Below, piece by piece: positions 1 to 13,200 of a DNA stretch of 64,000 nt (the stretch's first letter is position 1; the number at the start of each line of letters is the position of its first letter). A model generated the notes under the pieces. The model saw only the letters and a program-made list of their open reading frames with translations. It had not been told where the DNA came from and did no database searches. The translations under genes were made by a program, and so were the position numbers. This DNA is from Obrimoposthia wandeli (lineage: Eukaryota), in contig CDROCS010003280.1 in NCBI GenBank assembly GCA_977020255.1, positions 62,001-126,000 on the forward strand, written 5' to 3'.

Positions 1-36
1 CACGGAAATTAATTAATCTCGATAAAACGGAGGATT

Positions 37-191
37 CAATATCAATTAGCGAAAGTGCGCCAGTCGAGACATCGATTCCCAATATCACTTAGCGAAAGTG
101 CGCCAGTCGAGACATCGATTCCCAATATCACTTAGCGAAAGTGCGCAGTCGAGACATCGATTCCCAATATCACTTAGCGAAAGTGCGCCAG
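37..191. repeat. 43-bp CpG-rich tandem repeat, ~3.5 copies
   Basis: Unit TAGCGAAAGTGCGCCAGTCGAGACATCGATTCCCAATATCACT recurs at ~47, 90, 133 and 175; the third copy has a 1-bp deletion. Confidence 0.95.
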
Positions 192-463
192 ACAAGACAT
201 AAATTTCGACGCATTCGCGTCTAAGAAGGATCGCGCAAACTAAATTATCCGGAACAGTAAGAAGACGCTTAGAAAATCCAGCTGATCTTCAGATGTGGAA
301 TCAGGAATCACTATAAAAAGAAGAATCCGAGAATTAGTAAGTGATTGAATTTTCGGAGCCATTTCATTGATATTTTCAGTAGTGCTAAATTCCAGAAGCG
401 TTGGCCGAATTTCGAAGAGAGGCAGAACCATTGACTGGTAATACCCAAGGAATAGAGCAAGGT

Positions 464-3186
464 ATTCACTTTTGAATTGTGAAATTAGTTATTTTGAATT
501 ATAAAATCATTCATTTTGAAATTGTAAAATCATTCACTTTGAATTGTGAAATTAGTTATTTTGAATTATAAAATAATTAATTTCGAAATTGTAAAATCAT
601 TCACTTTGAATTGTGAAATTAGCTATTTTGAATTATAAAATCATTAATTTTGAAATTGTAAAATTATTCACTTTGAATTGTGAAATTATCTATTTTTGAA
701 TTATAAAATCATTCACTTTGAATTGTGAAATTAGCTATTTTAAATTATAAAATCATTCATTTTGAAATTGTAAAATCATTCACTTTGAATTGTGAAATTA
801 TCTATTTTTGAATTATAAAGTCATTCATTTTGAAATTGTAAAATCATTTAATTTGAATTGTGAAATTATCTATTTTTTAATTATAAAATCATTAATTTTG
901 AAATTGGAAAATCATTCACTTTGAATTGTGAAATTATCTATTTTAAATTATAAAATCATTCAATTTGAAATTGTAAAATCATTCACTTTGAATTGTGAAA
1001 TTATCTATTTTAAATTATACAATCATTCACTTTGAATTGTGAAATTATCTATTTTAAATTATAAAATCATTCATTTTGAAATTGTAAAATCATTCACTTT
1101 GAATTGTGAAATTATCTATTTTAAATTATAAAATCATTCACTTTGAATTGTGAAATTATCTATTTTAAATTATAAAATCATTCATTTTGAAATTGTAAAA
1201 TCATTCACTTTGAATTGTGAAATTATGTATTTTTGAATTATAAAATCATTCACTTTGAATTGTGAAATTATCTATTTTAAATTATAAAATCATTCATTTT
1301 GAAATTGTAAAATCATTCACTTTGAATTGTGAAATTATCTATTTTTGAATTATAAAATCATTCACTTTGAAATTGTAAAATCATTCACTTTGAATTGTGA
1401 AATTATGTATTTTTGAATTATAAAATCATTCACTTTGAAATTGTAAAATCATTCACTTTGAATTGTGAAATTATCTATTTTAAATTCACTTTGAATTGTG
1501 AAATCAACACAAGTTATAGATCATTCAATTTGAAATTGTAAAAATCATTGTTTTAATTGTAAAATCATTCACTTTGAATTGTGAAATTATCTATTTTAAA
1601 TTATAAAATCATTCAATTTGAAATTATAAAATCATTCATTTTGAAATTATAAAATCATTCACTTTGAATTGTGAAATTATCTATTTTAAATTATAAAATC
1701 ATTCAATTTGAAATTGTAAAATCATTCACTTTGAATTGTGAAATTATCTATTTTAAATTATAAAATCATTCAATTTGAAATTATAAAATCATTCATTTTG
1801 AATTGTGAAATTAGCTATTTGAATTATAAAAGCATTCGATTTGGAATTGTAAAATCATTCACTTTGAATTGTGAAAGTAGCTATTTTAAATTGTAAAATT
1901 ATTCACTTTGAATTGTGAAATTATCTATTTGTAATTATAAAATCATTCATTTTGAAATTGTAAAATTATTCACTTTGAATTGTGAAATTATCTATTTTAA
2001 ATTATAAAATCATTCATTTTGAAATTGTAAAATCATTCACTTTGAATTGTGAAATTATCTATTTTAAATTATAAAATCATTCACTTTGAATTGAAATTAT
2101 CTATTTTAAATTATAAAATCATTCATTTTGAAGTGTAAAATCATTCACTTTGAATTGTGAAATTATGTATTTTGAATTATAAAGGCATCATTCACTTTGA
2201 ATTGTGAAATTATCTATTTTTGAATTATAAAAGTCATTCATTTTGGAATTGTAAAATCATTCACTTTTTAGAAAAATTTCACTTTGAATTGTGAAATTAG
2301 CTATTTTAAATTATAAAATCATTCATTTTGGAATTGTAAAATCATTCACTGAATTGTGAAATTAACTTTTTGAATTATAAAGTCATTCATTTTGAAAATT
2401 GTAAAATCATTTAATTTGAATTGTGAAATTATCTATTTTTAATTATAAAATCATTAATTTTGAGTGTAGAATCATTCACTTTAATATGTGTAAATTGTAT
2501 TTTCGAATTATAAAATCATAATTTTGTAAAATGGAAATCATTCACTTTTTGAATTGTGAAGTATGTATTTTGAATTATAAAATCATTCACTTTGAAAAAA
2601 ATCATTCACTTTGAATTGTGAAATTATGTATGAATTATAAAATCATTCACTTTAAGAGAGTAAAATCATTCTTTGAATTGTGAAATTATCTATTTTAAAT
2701 TATAAAATCATTCAATTTGAAATTGTGAATTTCACTTTGCTATTTTTGCATTCATTTTGAAATTGTAAAATTATTCACTTTGGTGTGAAATTATCTATTG
2801 CAAATTATAAAATCATTCATTTTGAAAATTGTAAAATCATTTGAATTGTGAAATTAGCATTTTGAATTATAAAATCATTCACTTCAGAAATTGAAAAATC
2901 ATTCACTTTGAATTGTGAAATTAGCTATTTTAAATTGTAAAATTATTCACTTTGAATGAAATTATCTATTTTAAATTATAAAATCATTCATTTTGAAGTG
3001 TAAAATTATTCACTTTGAATTGTGATTATCTATTTTAAATTATAAAATCACTTTTAAAATTCGTAAAAATTATTCACTTTGAATTGTGAAATTATGTATT
3101 TTTGAATTATAAAATCATTCATTTTGAAATTGTAAAATCATTCACTTTAAATTTTGAAATTATCTATTATGAATTATAAGATCATT
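464..3186. repeat. AT-rich satellite array 1 (22-23 bp monomers in ~67 and ~44 bp higher-order units)
   Basis: Monomers A=CACTTTGAATTGTGAAATTATC, B=TATTTTAAATTATAAAATCATT and C=CATTTTGAAATTGTAAAATCATT repeat as ABC and AB. The array is visibly noisy from ~2050 to ~3100. Confidence 0.97.
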
Positions 3187-4861
3187 TGTTGGGGTTTTTA
3201 TATGAAACTGTGTTCTAATACAGATCCTCTTTAGTGGAGGGCCCCAACGTGAGTTCTATAGAAGCAGGACTTGTAGATGTTTGTGGCCTACTTGTGTTAT
3301 GCTTGCCTGTCTCAATTCTTATCTGAAGGTTTGTTGTTTTGTTTTAATCTGAAGGGTTTAGAACAACGCTTTCTAGTTGTAGGAAATCGTTTATTACTAA
3401 GCACACTAAACTAACACGAATTAACACGTCTAAGTACGTTCTAAAAAATTACAATAAAATTCCTAAGACTTCTGTAAGTCTCTACACAAGTGGGGATGAT
3501 CCACGTATCGATTTTAGTTTAGGGTTGGTTGGTCGATAGAGTCTTTACTCTAAAAAATGTGGGCAATTTTAACTTTATAGATTTTAGAGAGCTAGTTACT
3601 CTAAATTTATGGGCAGAGTTTTAGAGAGCGGTTGCTCTAAAAGAGGGAATGAGTTTAGAGAGCTGGGCTCTAAAATGTACGCAAAATATGGATGACAATA
3701 ATTTAACTTTCAAAATCTTTCTTATACTTTTATTTTCAAAAACTTTACTATGACAATAATTTAACTTTCAAAATCTTTCTTATACTTTTATTATCAAAAA
3801 TTTTACGATGACAATAATTTAACTTTCAAAATCTTTCTTATACTTTTATTTTCAAACAACTTTACGATGACAATAATATACTTTCAAAATCTTTCTTATA
3901 CTTATTTTTCAAACAACTTTACGATGACAATAATATATTTTCAATCTTTCAAAACATTTGTTCCTCACCAATCCGATAGGTATATCTGCGTCCGGTGCGA
4001 GTTTGGTCCACAGTCTGCTTCCCGTGAGATGCGGCGAGTTAGCTTTTCGCTCCGATGGGTTCCTCGCGAGATGAATTACCTTGTTTGTTTTCTGTTCGTC
4101 ATCCGATTGTCCGTTTCGATCCTGGGTTATGTCGTTTGGTATTAACTACGTTTGTATCTCGTGAATTTACCTTCTTGTTTTGTCTTAACTTGTCAGAAGA
4201 GGATTCACACAAATCTCCGCTGTTCGGATTCTGGAGCTTGGCGTAGATGAAATTCTCGACTTTCTCCTGGCTTAATAAGTATGAACCACTCTGTCCTCTT
4301 GGAGCAAGTGTACTCTTCTTTTATACTGGCCTGAATTAATCACTTAGGCTAAGGGCGGGATCCGGAATCAAAAACACTTACGTTGAGTTTTCTCGACGAA
4401 CTCTCGTGCAGGTGGTGAGTCTCACTATCTGAATCCCGAAAGTAGCCTGTGAAAATCAATTAGGCTAATTGATTTGTAAACAACTAAAAGCAATTCCAAG
4501 GTTCGCGAGTTGTCTGTGATTTTTTTTTCTTCTGTTGACTTTCTTTTTCTTTCCAGCCCTAATGGATTCGGATTCCGACTATGCTTGTTTTTCTCAACGT
4601 TAATTAATCTTCTACTAAATGGATCTCACGAATTTTAACTTTACTTTTGGGCCCTTTTGGTCAACTTTAACTTCTTTATATACTACACATTAAACATGAC
4701 CTTACAAGGTCCTAATATTTTCCCGCTAATTTATCTTTGAATTTAATTCTTATAATTAATTTATCCTTATTTATAACCTTACTTTCAAGGATTTTTATTT
4801 CAATATAAATAGTTTAATTATTTTAATTAATTTTAATTAATTTTAAAACCTAATCTTAACA
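3187..4861 (-). mobile_element. Solo-LTR-like element copy 1 (1675 bp), probably Ty3/Gypsy-type
   Basis: Starts TGTTGGGG and ends CTTAACA. Flanked by CATT on both sides (3183-3186, 4862-4865). No long ORF. Minus-strand TATATAAA at 4675-4682 and AATAAA at 3390-3395 are conserved in relatives. Internal 58-bp tandem repeat at 3692-3955. The superfamily is inferred from the TG..CA ends and the 4-bp duplication only. Confidence 0.8.
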
Positions 4862-7533
4862 CATTCATTTTGAAATTGTAAAATCATTCACTTTGAATTG
4901 TGAAATTAGCTATTTTGAATTATAAAATCATTAATTTTGAAATTGTAAAATTATTCACTTTGAATTGTGAAATTATCTATTTTAAATTATAAATTCATTC
5001 ATTTTGAAATTGTAAAATTATTCAATTTGAATTGTGAAATTAGCTATTTTTGAATTATAAAATCATTCACTTTGAATTGTGAAATTAGCTATTTTAAATT
5101 ATAAAATCATTCATTTTGAAATTGTAAAATCATTCACTTTGAATTGTGAAATTATCTATTTTTGAATTATAAAGTCATTCATTTTGAAATTGTAAAATCA
5201 TTTAATTTGAATTGTGAAATTATCTATTTTTTAATTATAAAATCATTAATTTTGAAATTGGAAAATCATTCACTTTAAATAAATTATCTATTTTAAATTA
5301 TAAAATCATTCAATTTGAAATTGTAAAATCATTCACTTTGAATTGTGAAATTATCTATTTTAAATTATACAATCATTCACTTTGAATTGTGAAATTATCT
5401 ATTTTAAATTATAAAATCATTCATTTTGAAATTGTAAAATCATTCACTTTGAATTGTGAAATTATGTATTTTTGAATTATAAAATCATTCACTTTGAATT
5501 GTGAAATTATCTATTTTAAATTATAAAATCATTCATTTTGAAATTGTAAAATCATTCACTTTGAATTGTGAAATTATGCACTGAATTATAATTTTAATCA
5601 TTCACTTTGAATTGTGAAATTATCTATTTTAAATTATAAAATCATTCACTTTGAAATTGTAAAATCATTCACTTTGAATTGTGAAATTATGTATTTTTGA
5701 ATTATAAAATCATTCACTTTGAAATTGTAAAATCATTCACTTTGAATTGTGAAATTATCTATTTTAAATTATAAAATCATTCAATTTGAAATTGTAAAAT
5801 CATTCACTTTGAATTGTGAAATTATCTATTTTAAATTATAAAATCATTCAATTTGAAATTATAAAATCATTCATTTTGAAATTGTAAAATCATTCACTTT
5901 GAATTGTGAAATTATGTATTTTTAAATTATAAAAATCATTCACTTTGAAATTGTAAAATCATTCACTTTGAATTGTGAAATTATCTATTTTAAATTATAA
6001 AATCATTCAATTTGAAATTGTAAAATCATTCACTTTGAATTGTGAAATTATCTATTTTAAATTATAAAATCATTCATTTTGAAATTGTAAAATTATTCAC
6101 TTTGAATTGTGAAATTATCTATTTGAAATTATAAAATCATTCATTTTGAAATTGTAAAATCATTCACTTTGAATTGTGAAATTAGCTATTTTTGAATTAT
6201 AAAATCATTCACTTTGAAATTGTAAAATCATTCACTTTGAATTGTGAAATTAGCTATTTTAAATTGTAAAATTATTCACTTTGAATTGTGAAATTATCTA
6301 TTTGTAATTATAAAATCATTCATTTTGAAATTGTAAAATTATTCACTTTGAATTGTGAAATTATCTATTTTAAATTATAAAATCATTCACTTTGAATTGT
6401 GAAATTATCTATTTTAAATTATAAAATCATTCATTTTGAAATTGTAAAATCATTCACTTTGAATTGTGAAATTATGTATTTTTGAATTATAAAATCATTC
6501 ACTTTGAATTGTGAAATTATCTATTTTTGAATTATAAAGTCATTCATTTTGAAATTGTAAAATCATTCACTTTGAATTGTGAAATTAGCTATTTTAAATT
6601 ATAAAATCATTCATTTTGAAATTGTAAAATCATTCACTTTGAATTGTGAAATTATTTATTTTTGAATTATAAAGTCATTCATTTTGAAATTGTAAAATCA
6701 TTTAATTTGAATTGTGAAATTATCTATTTTTTAATTATAAAATCATTAATTTTGAAATTGTAAAATCATTCACTTTAATATGTGAAATTATGTATTTTCG
6801 AATTATAAAATCATTAATTTTGAAATTGTAAAATCATTCACTTTGAATTGTGAAATTATGTATTTTTGAATTATAAAATCATTCACTTTGAAATTGTAAA
6901 ATCATTCACTTTGAATTGTGAAATTATGTATTTTTGAATTATAAAATCATTCACTTTGAAATTGTAAAATCATTCACTTTGAATTGTGAAATTATCTATT
7001 TTAAATTATAAAATCATTCAATTTGAAATTGTAAAATCATTCACTTTGAATTGTGAAATTATCTATTTTAAATTATAAAATCATTCATTTTGAAATTGTA
7101 AAATTATTCACTTTGAATTGTGAAATTATCTATTTGAAATTATAAAATCATTCATTTTGAAATTGTAAAATCACTCACTTTGAATTGTGAAATTAGCTAT
7201 TTTTGAATTATAAAATCATTCACTTCGAAATTGAAAAATCATTCACTTTGAATTGTGAAATTAGCTATTTTAAATTGTAAAATTATTCACTTTGAATTGT
7301 GAAATTATCTATTTTAAATTATAAAATCATTCATTTTGAAATTGTAAAATTATTCACTTTGAATTGTGAAATTATCTATTTTAAATTATAAAATCATTCA
7401 TTTTAAAATTGTAAAATTATTCACTTTGAATTGTGAAATTATGTATTTTTGAATTATAAAATCATTCATTTTGAAATTGTAAAATCATTCACTTTAAATT
7501 TTGAAATTATCTATTATGAATTATAAGATCATT
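4862..7533. repeat. Satellite array 2 (cleaner duplicate of array 1)
   Basis: Same monomers and the same ordered diagnostic variants as array 1 (ATAAAGTCATT, TCATTTAATTTG, AAATTGGAAAATC, AATTATACAATC). Confidence 0.97.
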
Positions 7534-9219
7534 TGTTGGGGTTTTTATATGAAACTGTGTTCTAATACAGATCCTCTTTAGTGGAGGGCCCCAACGTGAG
7601 TTCTATAGAAGCAGGACTTGTAGATGTTTGTGGCCTACTTGTGTTATGCTTGCCTGTCTCAATTCTTATCTGAAGGTTTGTTGTTTTGTTTTAATCTGAA
7701 GGGTTTAGAACAACGCTTTCTAGTTGTAGGAAATCGTTTATTACTAAGCACACTAAACTAACACGAATTAACACGTCTAAGTACGTTCTAAAAAATTACA
7801 ATAAAATTCCTAAGACTTCTGTAAGTCTCTACACAAGTGGGGATGATCCACGTATCGATTTTAGTTTAGGGTTGGTTGGTCGATAGAGTCTTTACTCTAA
7901 AAAATGTGGGCAATTTTAACTTTATAGATTTTAGAGAGCTAGTTACTCTAAATTTATGGGCAGAGTTTTAGAGAGCGGTTGCTCTAAAAGAGGGAATGAG
8001 TTTAGAGAGCTGGGCTCTAAAATGTACGCAAAATATGGATGACAATAATTTAACTTTCAAAATCTTTCTTATACTTTTATTTTCAAAAACTTTACTATGA
8101 CAATAATTTAACTTTCAAAATCTTTCTTATACTTTTATTATCAAAAATTTTACGATGACAATAATTTAACTTTCAAAATCTTTCTTATACTTTTATTTTC
8201 AAACAACTTTACGATGACAATAATATACTTTCAAAATCTTTCTTATACTTCTATTTTCAAACAACTTTACGATGACAATAATATATTTTCAATCTTTCTC
8301 AAAAACATTTGTTCCTCACCAATCCGATAGGTATATCTGCGTCCGGTGCGAGTTTGGTCCACACAGTCCGTTTCCCGTGAGATGCGGCGAGTTAGCTTTC
8401 GCTCCGATGGGTTCCTCGCGAGATGAATTACCTTGTTTGTTTTCTGTTTGGTCGTCTATCCGATTGTCCGTTTCGATCCTGGGTTATGTCGTTTGGTAAT
8501 TAACTAATTTCGTTTGTATCTCGTGAATTTACCTTCTTGTTTTGTCTTAACTTGTCAGAAGAGGATTCACAATACAAATCTCCGCTGTTCGGATTCTGGA
8601 GCTTGGCGTAGCGATGAAATTCGACTTTCTCCTGGCTTAATAAGTATGAACCACTCTGTCCTCTTGGAGCAAGTGTACTCTTCTTTTATACTGGCCTGAA
8701 TTAATCACTTAGGCTAAGTATCCGGAATCAAAAACACTTACGTTGAGTTTTCTCGACGAACTCTCGTGCAGGTGGTGAGTTCCCACTATCTGAATCCCGA
8801 AAGTAGCCTGTGAAAATCAATTAGGCTAATTGATTTGTAAACAACTAAAAGCACCTACTTCCAAAGGTTCGCAGATTTTTCTTCTGTTGACTTTCTTTTT
8901 TCTTTCCAGCCCTAATGGATTCGGATTCCGACTAAGTGCTTGTTTTTTCTCAACGTTAATTAATCTTCTACTAAATGGATCTCACGAATTTTAACTTTAC
9001 TTTTTTGGGCCCTTTTGGTCAACTTTAACTTCTTTATATACTACACATTAAACATGACCTTACAAGGTCCTAATATTTTCCCGCTAATTTATCTTTGAAT
9101 TTAATTCTTATAATTAATTTATCCTTATTTATAACCTTACTTTCAAGGATTTTTATTTCAATATAAATAGTTTAATTATTTTAATTAATTTTAATTAATT
9201 TTAAAACCTAATCTTAACA
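7534..9219 (-). mobile_element. Solo-LTR-like element copy 2 (1686 bp)
   Basis: TGTTGGGG...CTTAACA with CATT on both sides (7530-7533, 9220-9223). Same left flank as copy 1. Near-identical to copy 1 except clustered small indels at ~8290-8970. Confidence 0.8.
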
Positions 9220-9340
9220 CATTCATTTTGAAATTGTAAAATCATTCACTTGGAATTGAGAAATTATTTATTTTGAATTGGAAAATCATTCAATTTAATT
9301 GTAGAATTATTGATTTTGAAGTGTAAAATTATTTTGAAAC
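9220..9340. repeat. Degenerate terminal monomers of the satellite
   Basis: CATTCATTTTGAAATTGTAAAATCATTCACTTGGAATTGAG... decays over ~120 bp. Confidence 0.85.
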
Positions 9341-9751
9341 TATACCAAACTACACTGCCCATATTTTAGAGTGAACCTAAAATAAATAAACTACACTGCC
9401 CATATTTTAGAGCGATTACTCTGTTGAACTAAAGTAAACGATTAAAATCGATACTGAAACGTCCCCACTTGTGTGAAGATTTTGTGAAAAGTACATAGGA
9501 TAAGCTGTTATCATTTTTTAGAACGTAAAATAGTGTGTTTTCAATAATAAAGATTTCCTACAACTAAACAGCGTTGTTACATTTACACAACACCCAGACA
9601 AAACAAACCTTCAGATTAGATAGTGAGACAGGTAAGTACAATCTAAATAGGCCACAAACAACTGCAAGTCCTACTTCTATAGAACTCACGTTGGGGCCAC
9701 AATCTGAGGATCTATCTGAATCCAAAGTAGCTTCATATATAAACCCCAGCA
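9341..9751 (+). mobile_element. Diverged inverted partial copy of the LTR family (3'/U5-like end)
   Basis: The reverse complement matches 3187-3600 (TGCTGGGGTTTATATATG, GGCCCCAACGTGAGTTCTATAGAAG, TCTGAAGGTTTG, CACAAGTGGGGA). It ends AAACCCCAGCA at 9751 and has AATAAA at 9546-9551. Confidence 0.8.
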
Positions 9752-10039
9752 GTAATTTTAGGAAGTTCTAAGTGTGCTAAGTTAAATATAGTTATTCTAG
9801 CGAAATCGATAAAGATTCATTCCGAGTTAACTCCCTTGTGAAATTCGTGTGCCCTAACATATAGGTTAGCCAAGGGACAACCAACGAGACAATATTCCGC
9901 GTGCTGGCAGATTCAGAGGGGGTATTGTATACGTCGATTGGTCCCGGCTCTGTTTCATCGATATTCGGCCTCGGTGTTGCCAGACCCTCCCGACATAAAA
10001 AACTAACTCAGCTGATAAGCGATTCACCTTACGTACATC

Positions 10040-10251
10040 ACACCACACTAGTTTTGGGGTCCCACTAGCTATTATGTTAACACAACTCCATGAACACACC
10101 ACAAAACAATAAGACACAAAACCTTCAGATTGAAACTAGAATTAAGCAGGCCACATCCATCTGTAAGTCCTAACGCTACAGAACTCACGATGGGGGCCTC
10201 CATACGAGGATATAGATTTTTATAGAAAAGTTTCAATTAGGAAACCCAAAA
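10040..10251 (+). mobile_element. Second, more diverged inverted LTR-end fragment
   Basis: AAAACCTTCAGAT, AGGCCAC, GTAAGTCC, AGAACTCACG, GGGGGCCTCC and GAAACCCAAAA are colinear with the same LTR end. The left boundary is uncertain and may extend to ~9790. Confidence 0.65.
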
Positions 10252-13200
10252 TATTTCTTCATTTTTAATTTTCCTAATCTAACAAATTTATAAAGCCTTA
10301 ATTCATTTTAAAAATATATTTTCATTTAATTTTATTTTTTTAATCTTCAACTTTTTTGAAGTTGAATTCCTACTATAAATAAACGTATAATTTATTTTAT
10401 TTTTCACTAAACTAACATATTTTCAGCTAAAAATAAATATTAAAAATCAGAATCATTAAAATTTTGGAATAATTTACAACTCACTCTCATTCAAAAGTAA
10501 ATTTTATAAACTATTTTCTAATTATAATATTGAGCTCACGAAATATTCTGTAATATTTCTGTAACATTTGAAACATTTGTATCATAAATATATTCTTCTA
10601 TTTAATTGATAAATTTTAAATATTTCTAGAGTGAAAATAATTATTTTAATATTTTTAGTAGTGCTCATTATAATAATTTTAACGGTTAACTTAATTGTTT
10701 GTTAGTAATGGAATCAAAATAAATGTAAGACAAAAGTATTTGTATTATAATTTTGACATTGATTGATTACATTTGATTAATTAATTCTGAAAATTGAATG
10801 CAAAATTGAAATCAATTGAATGATATTTAAGAATGAAAATAACAGTCCTGAGAAAGTAACTGTAAGCAGATAGAACTATATTATTAAATAAATGTTTAGT
10901 TAGCATACTACATGTATGTGAATTCAAGCGATAATTTAGAAGTATGTGATAATTTGATTTCAATTGTTTTTCACAGTTTAACCTTTTAACATTAAATGTT
11001 TTGGTTCAACCTGGAGACTCGTGGCTATCTATAAACCATTCATATATATATATATCGGATACGATAGTTTTATTAGCAATTATCATACCAGAGGTGATGT
11101 TTTGATTAATTTATATTAGTAAAATATCAGGTTAATTGTTAAAATGCAGACTACTTAAATATTTTATAGAATACAAACCGAATTTAATCAATACCAACTT
11201 AATAAATTACAACATAATTCAATTTCCTACTAATTACTCAATTAAATTTAAGTACTTATTTGTACGAAATTACACAATAACATTAAATTGATGGGATATC
11301 AAATCTTTGTCAGGTTTGATTCATGCCCGAATCCTAATTAGAAATCACATACAATCACCAAATTATTGCATAATACATCAAAAAGCGGAATTGTTATGTA
11401 GATGGACGGCATGAGGTCTTTTCAAATTGTCGAATCTGTAGCTACAGGAGGAAAATCTGACGAAACACACTGATCGAATGAATTTTCTGGCATGCTCACT
11501 TTTTACAGCGTATGCATTAGTATGCATTACATGCAAACAAATCCAATTTTAAATTTGAAAATTTTAAAGAATTTGTATACCAACCAATCAAATTGCATCT
11601 GTATTTTATCGTATATAATGCACGAGTTTTCTAATTTGTAACCACTTAAAATGCTGCTTACATTTCGAAATGGAATTCTGCTTTTCTTAACACGTGAGTT
11701 ATATTTAAAATATATTTTCCATCATAATTATCTCTGGATGTAATATTACTTTTTTAAAAATACTCCCCTAAAATCTGTAGTTATTTATGTTTTAGACTAA
11801 TTTTGAATTTAAAAAACTGTCTCATATAACTTTTTATATACATTTTCTAAATCTCTCCTTAACAAATGTGCAGTGTAAAGAACGAGATATTATTTTTTTA
11901 ACCAACTAAAATAATGTCTAAATAAAAGTACTAATTTGTGTAATTTAATGTCAGTTGAATTTAATTTTTCCAATGCAATTGTATCTAATTTGTCTATTAA
12001 TTTTAAACAAATTAACTAAAGATGTATAATATTTTTAGCAATGTTACTTTATAATAAACTTAATTTTCAATATTAGATTTGGGATTTCTTTATACTAAAT
12101 TTCTTTAAGACTGCTAATTTGAAATAAATTTGGTTTCTACATACATTTGCCGATAGTGCTCATATAGTTGATTGATTATCTAAAGGAATTTATTAAAAGG
12201 TTTCTGCTACTTTCTAAAATTTATTATGTTCGGTCAGATAGTAAAGCTAACATGATAATTGTATTAGAATACATTTTCTCCAAAGTAAAATAATTAGTAA
12301 TTGTATCATGAAACACATACACAGGCATTTGGAACGAGAAAATCATAAAGGAGATGTTTAATTTGGAATTTAGCCAATTTAGTAAATGAATGTATCTGAA
12401 CCATACAAGGGATTGAATAAATTGATACAGACTATAGTTACTGTATCATTGCTGACAAGCCTGCATTATTATTATTATTTTATAGGATAAATTTTCGCTT
12501 ATAAGTCACGAAAAACGTAAAATAATGAAATATAATGTTTCAAATTAAACCTTACGGAGTTAACAATGTTAAAATATTATTAACTTCACAAAATATAACT
12601 TCAATAAATAAAACTAATACAAGTGAAGTTTCTTAAATTTAATACACGATATTATTTTTTACAGTTTATATTTATTTGATTATAAATGACTTTTTAATCA
12701 AAACTGTAAAACACATCCTTTACGTTTTCTATTGGTTTTTAATTTTGGAAAAATGCCACTTGGTATTTGGGTCAGAGCAACTAAAAATTGTTCGTAAAAA
12801 GCAGAAATATTCTCTTAATTAAAATTTTAATTGTTTTAATCAAATCATACGCAAAGAAACAGAAAATCGAGTTTCAAAGTTTATTTTCTTGAGCTGTAAA
12901 ACTTAAAATATTGAATATCATTGCCGACTTGAGCACATTTTAGGTCTATCTTAGGTCTATCAAAAAAAAATTTACATTTTATTGTATATTCATTTAGTTC
13001 TATAATATTTAATGTCTGATATTCGAATATATTTCACTACTTTTCAATGCTTACCATACATAAGAATTTAACGGAATATTATCTAAATTTCTTAAAACAT
13101 TTGTTTTCAATCATGATATGGACTTTAGTTCACAATTTAGTTACATTTCAATAAATGATTAAATATAAACTATATTCTTTTAAGGGTATTTCCATTTCTG

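Noticed and set aside
3867-4246. ORFs 3867-4145 and 4055-4246 and their counterparts at 8272-8699
   Set aside because: They start in the 58-bp repeat, frames are not preserved between copies, and they carry no recognisable motifs.
3187-9219. LTR-internal-LTR element (TRIM/LARD) carrying satellite cargo
   Set aside because: Each copy has its own CATT duplication and the same left flank, the satellite continues outside, and there is no primer-binding site or polypurine tract.
464-9340. CRISPR-like or coding interpretation of the repeat arrays
   Set aside because: There are no unique spacers and no cas genes; the monomers are contiguous and the context is eukaryotic.
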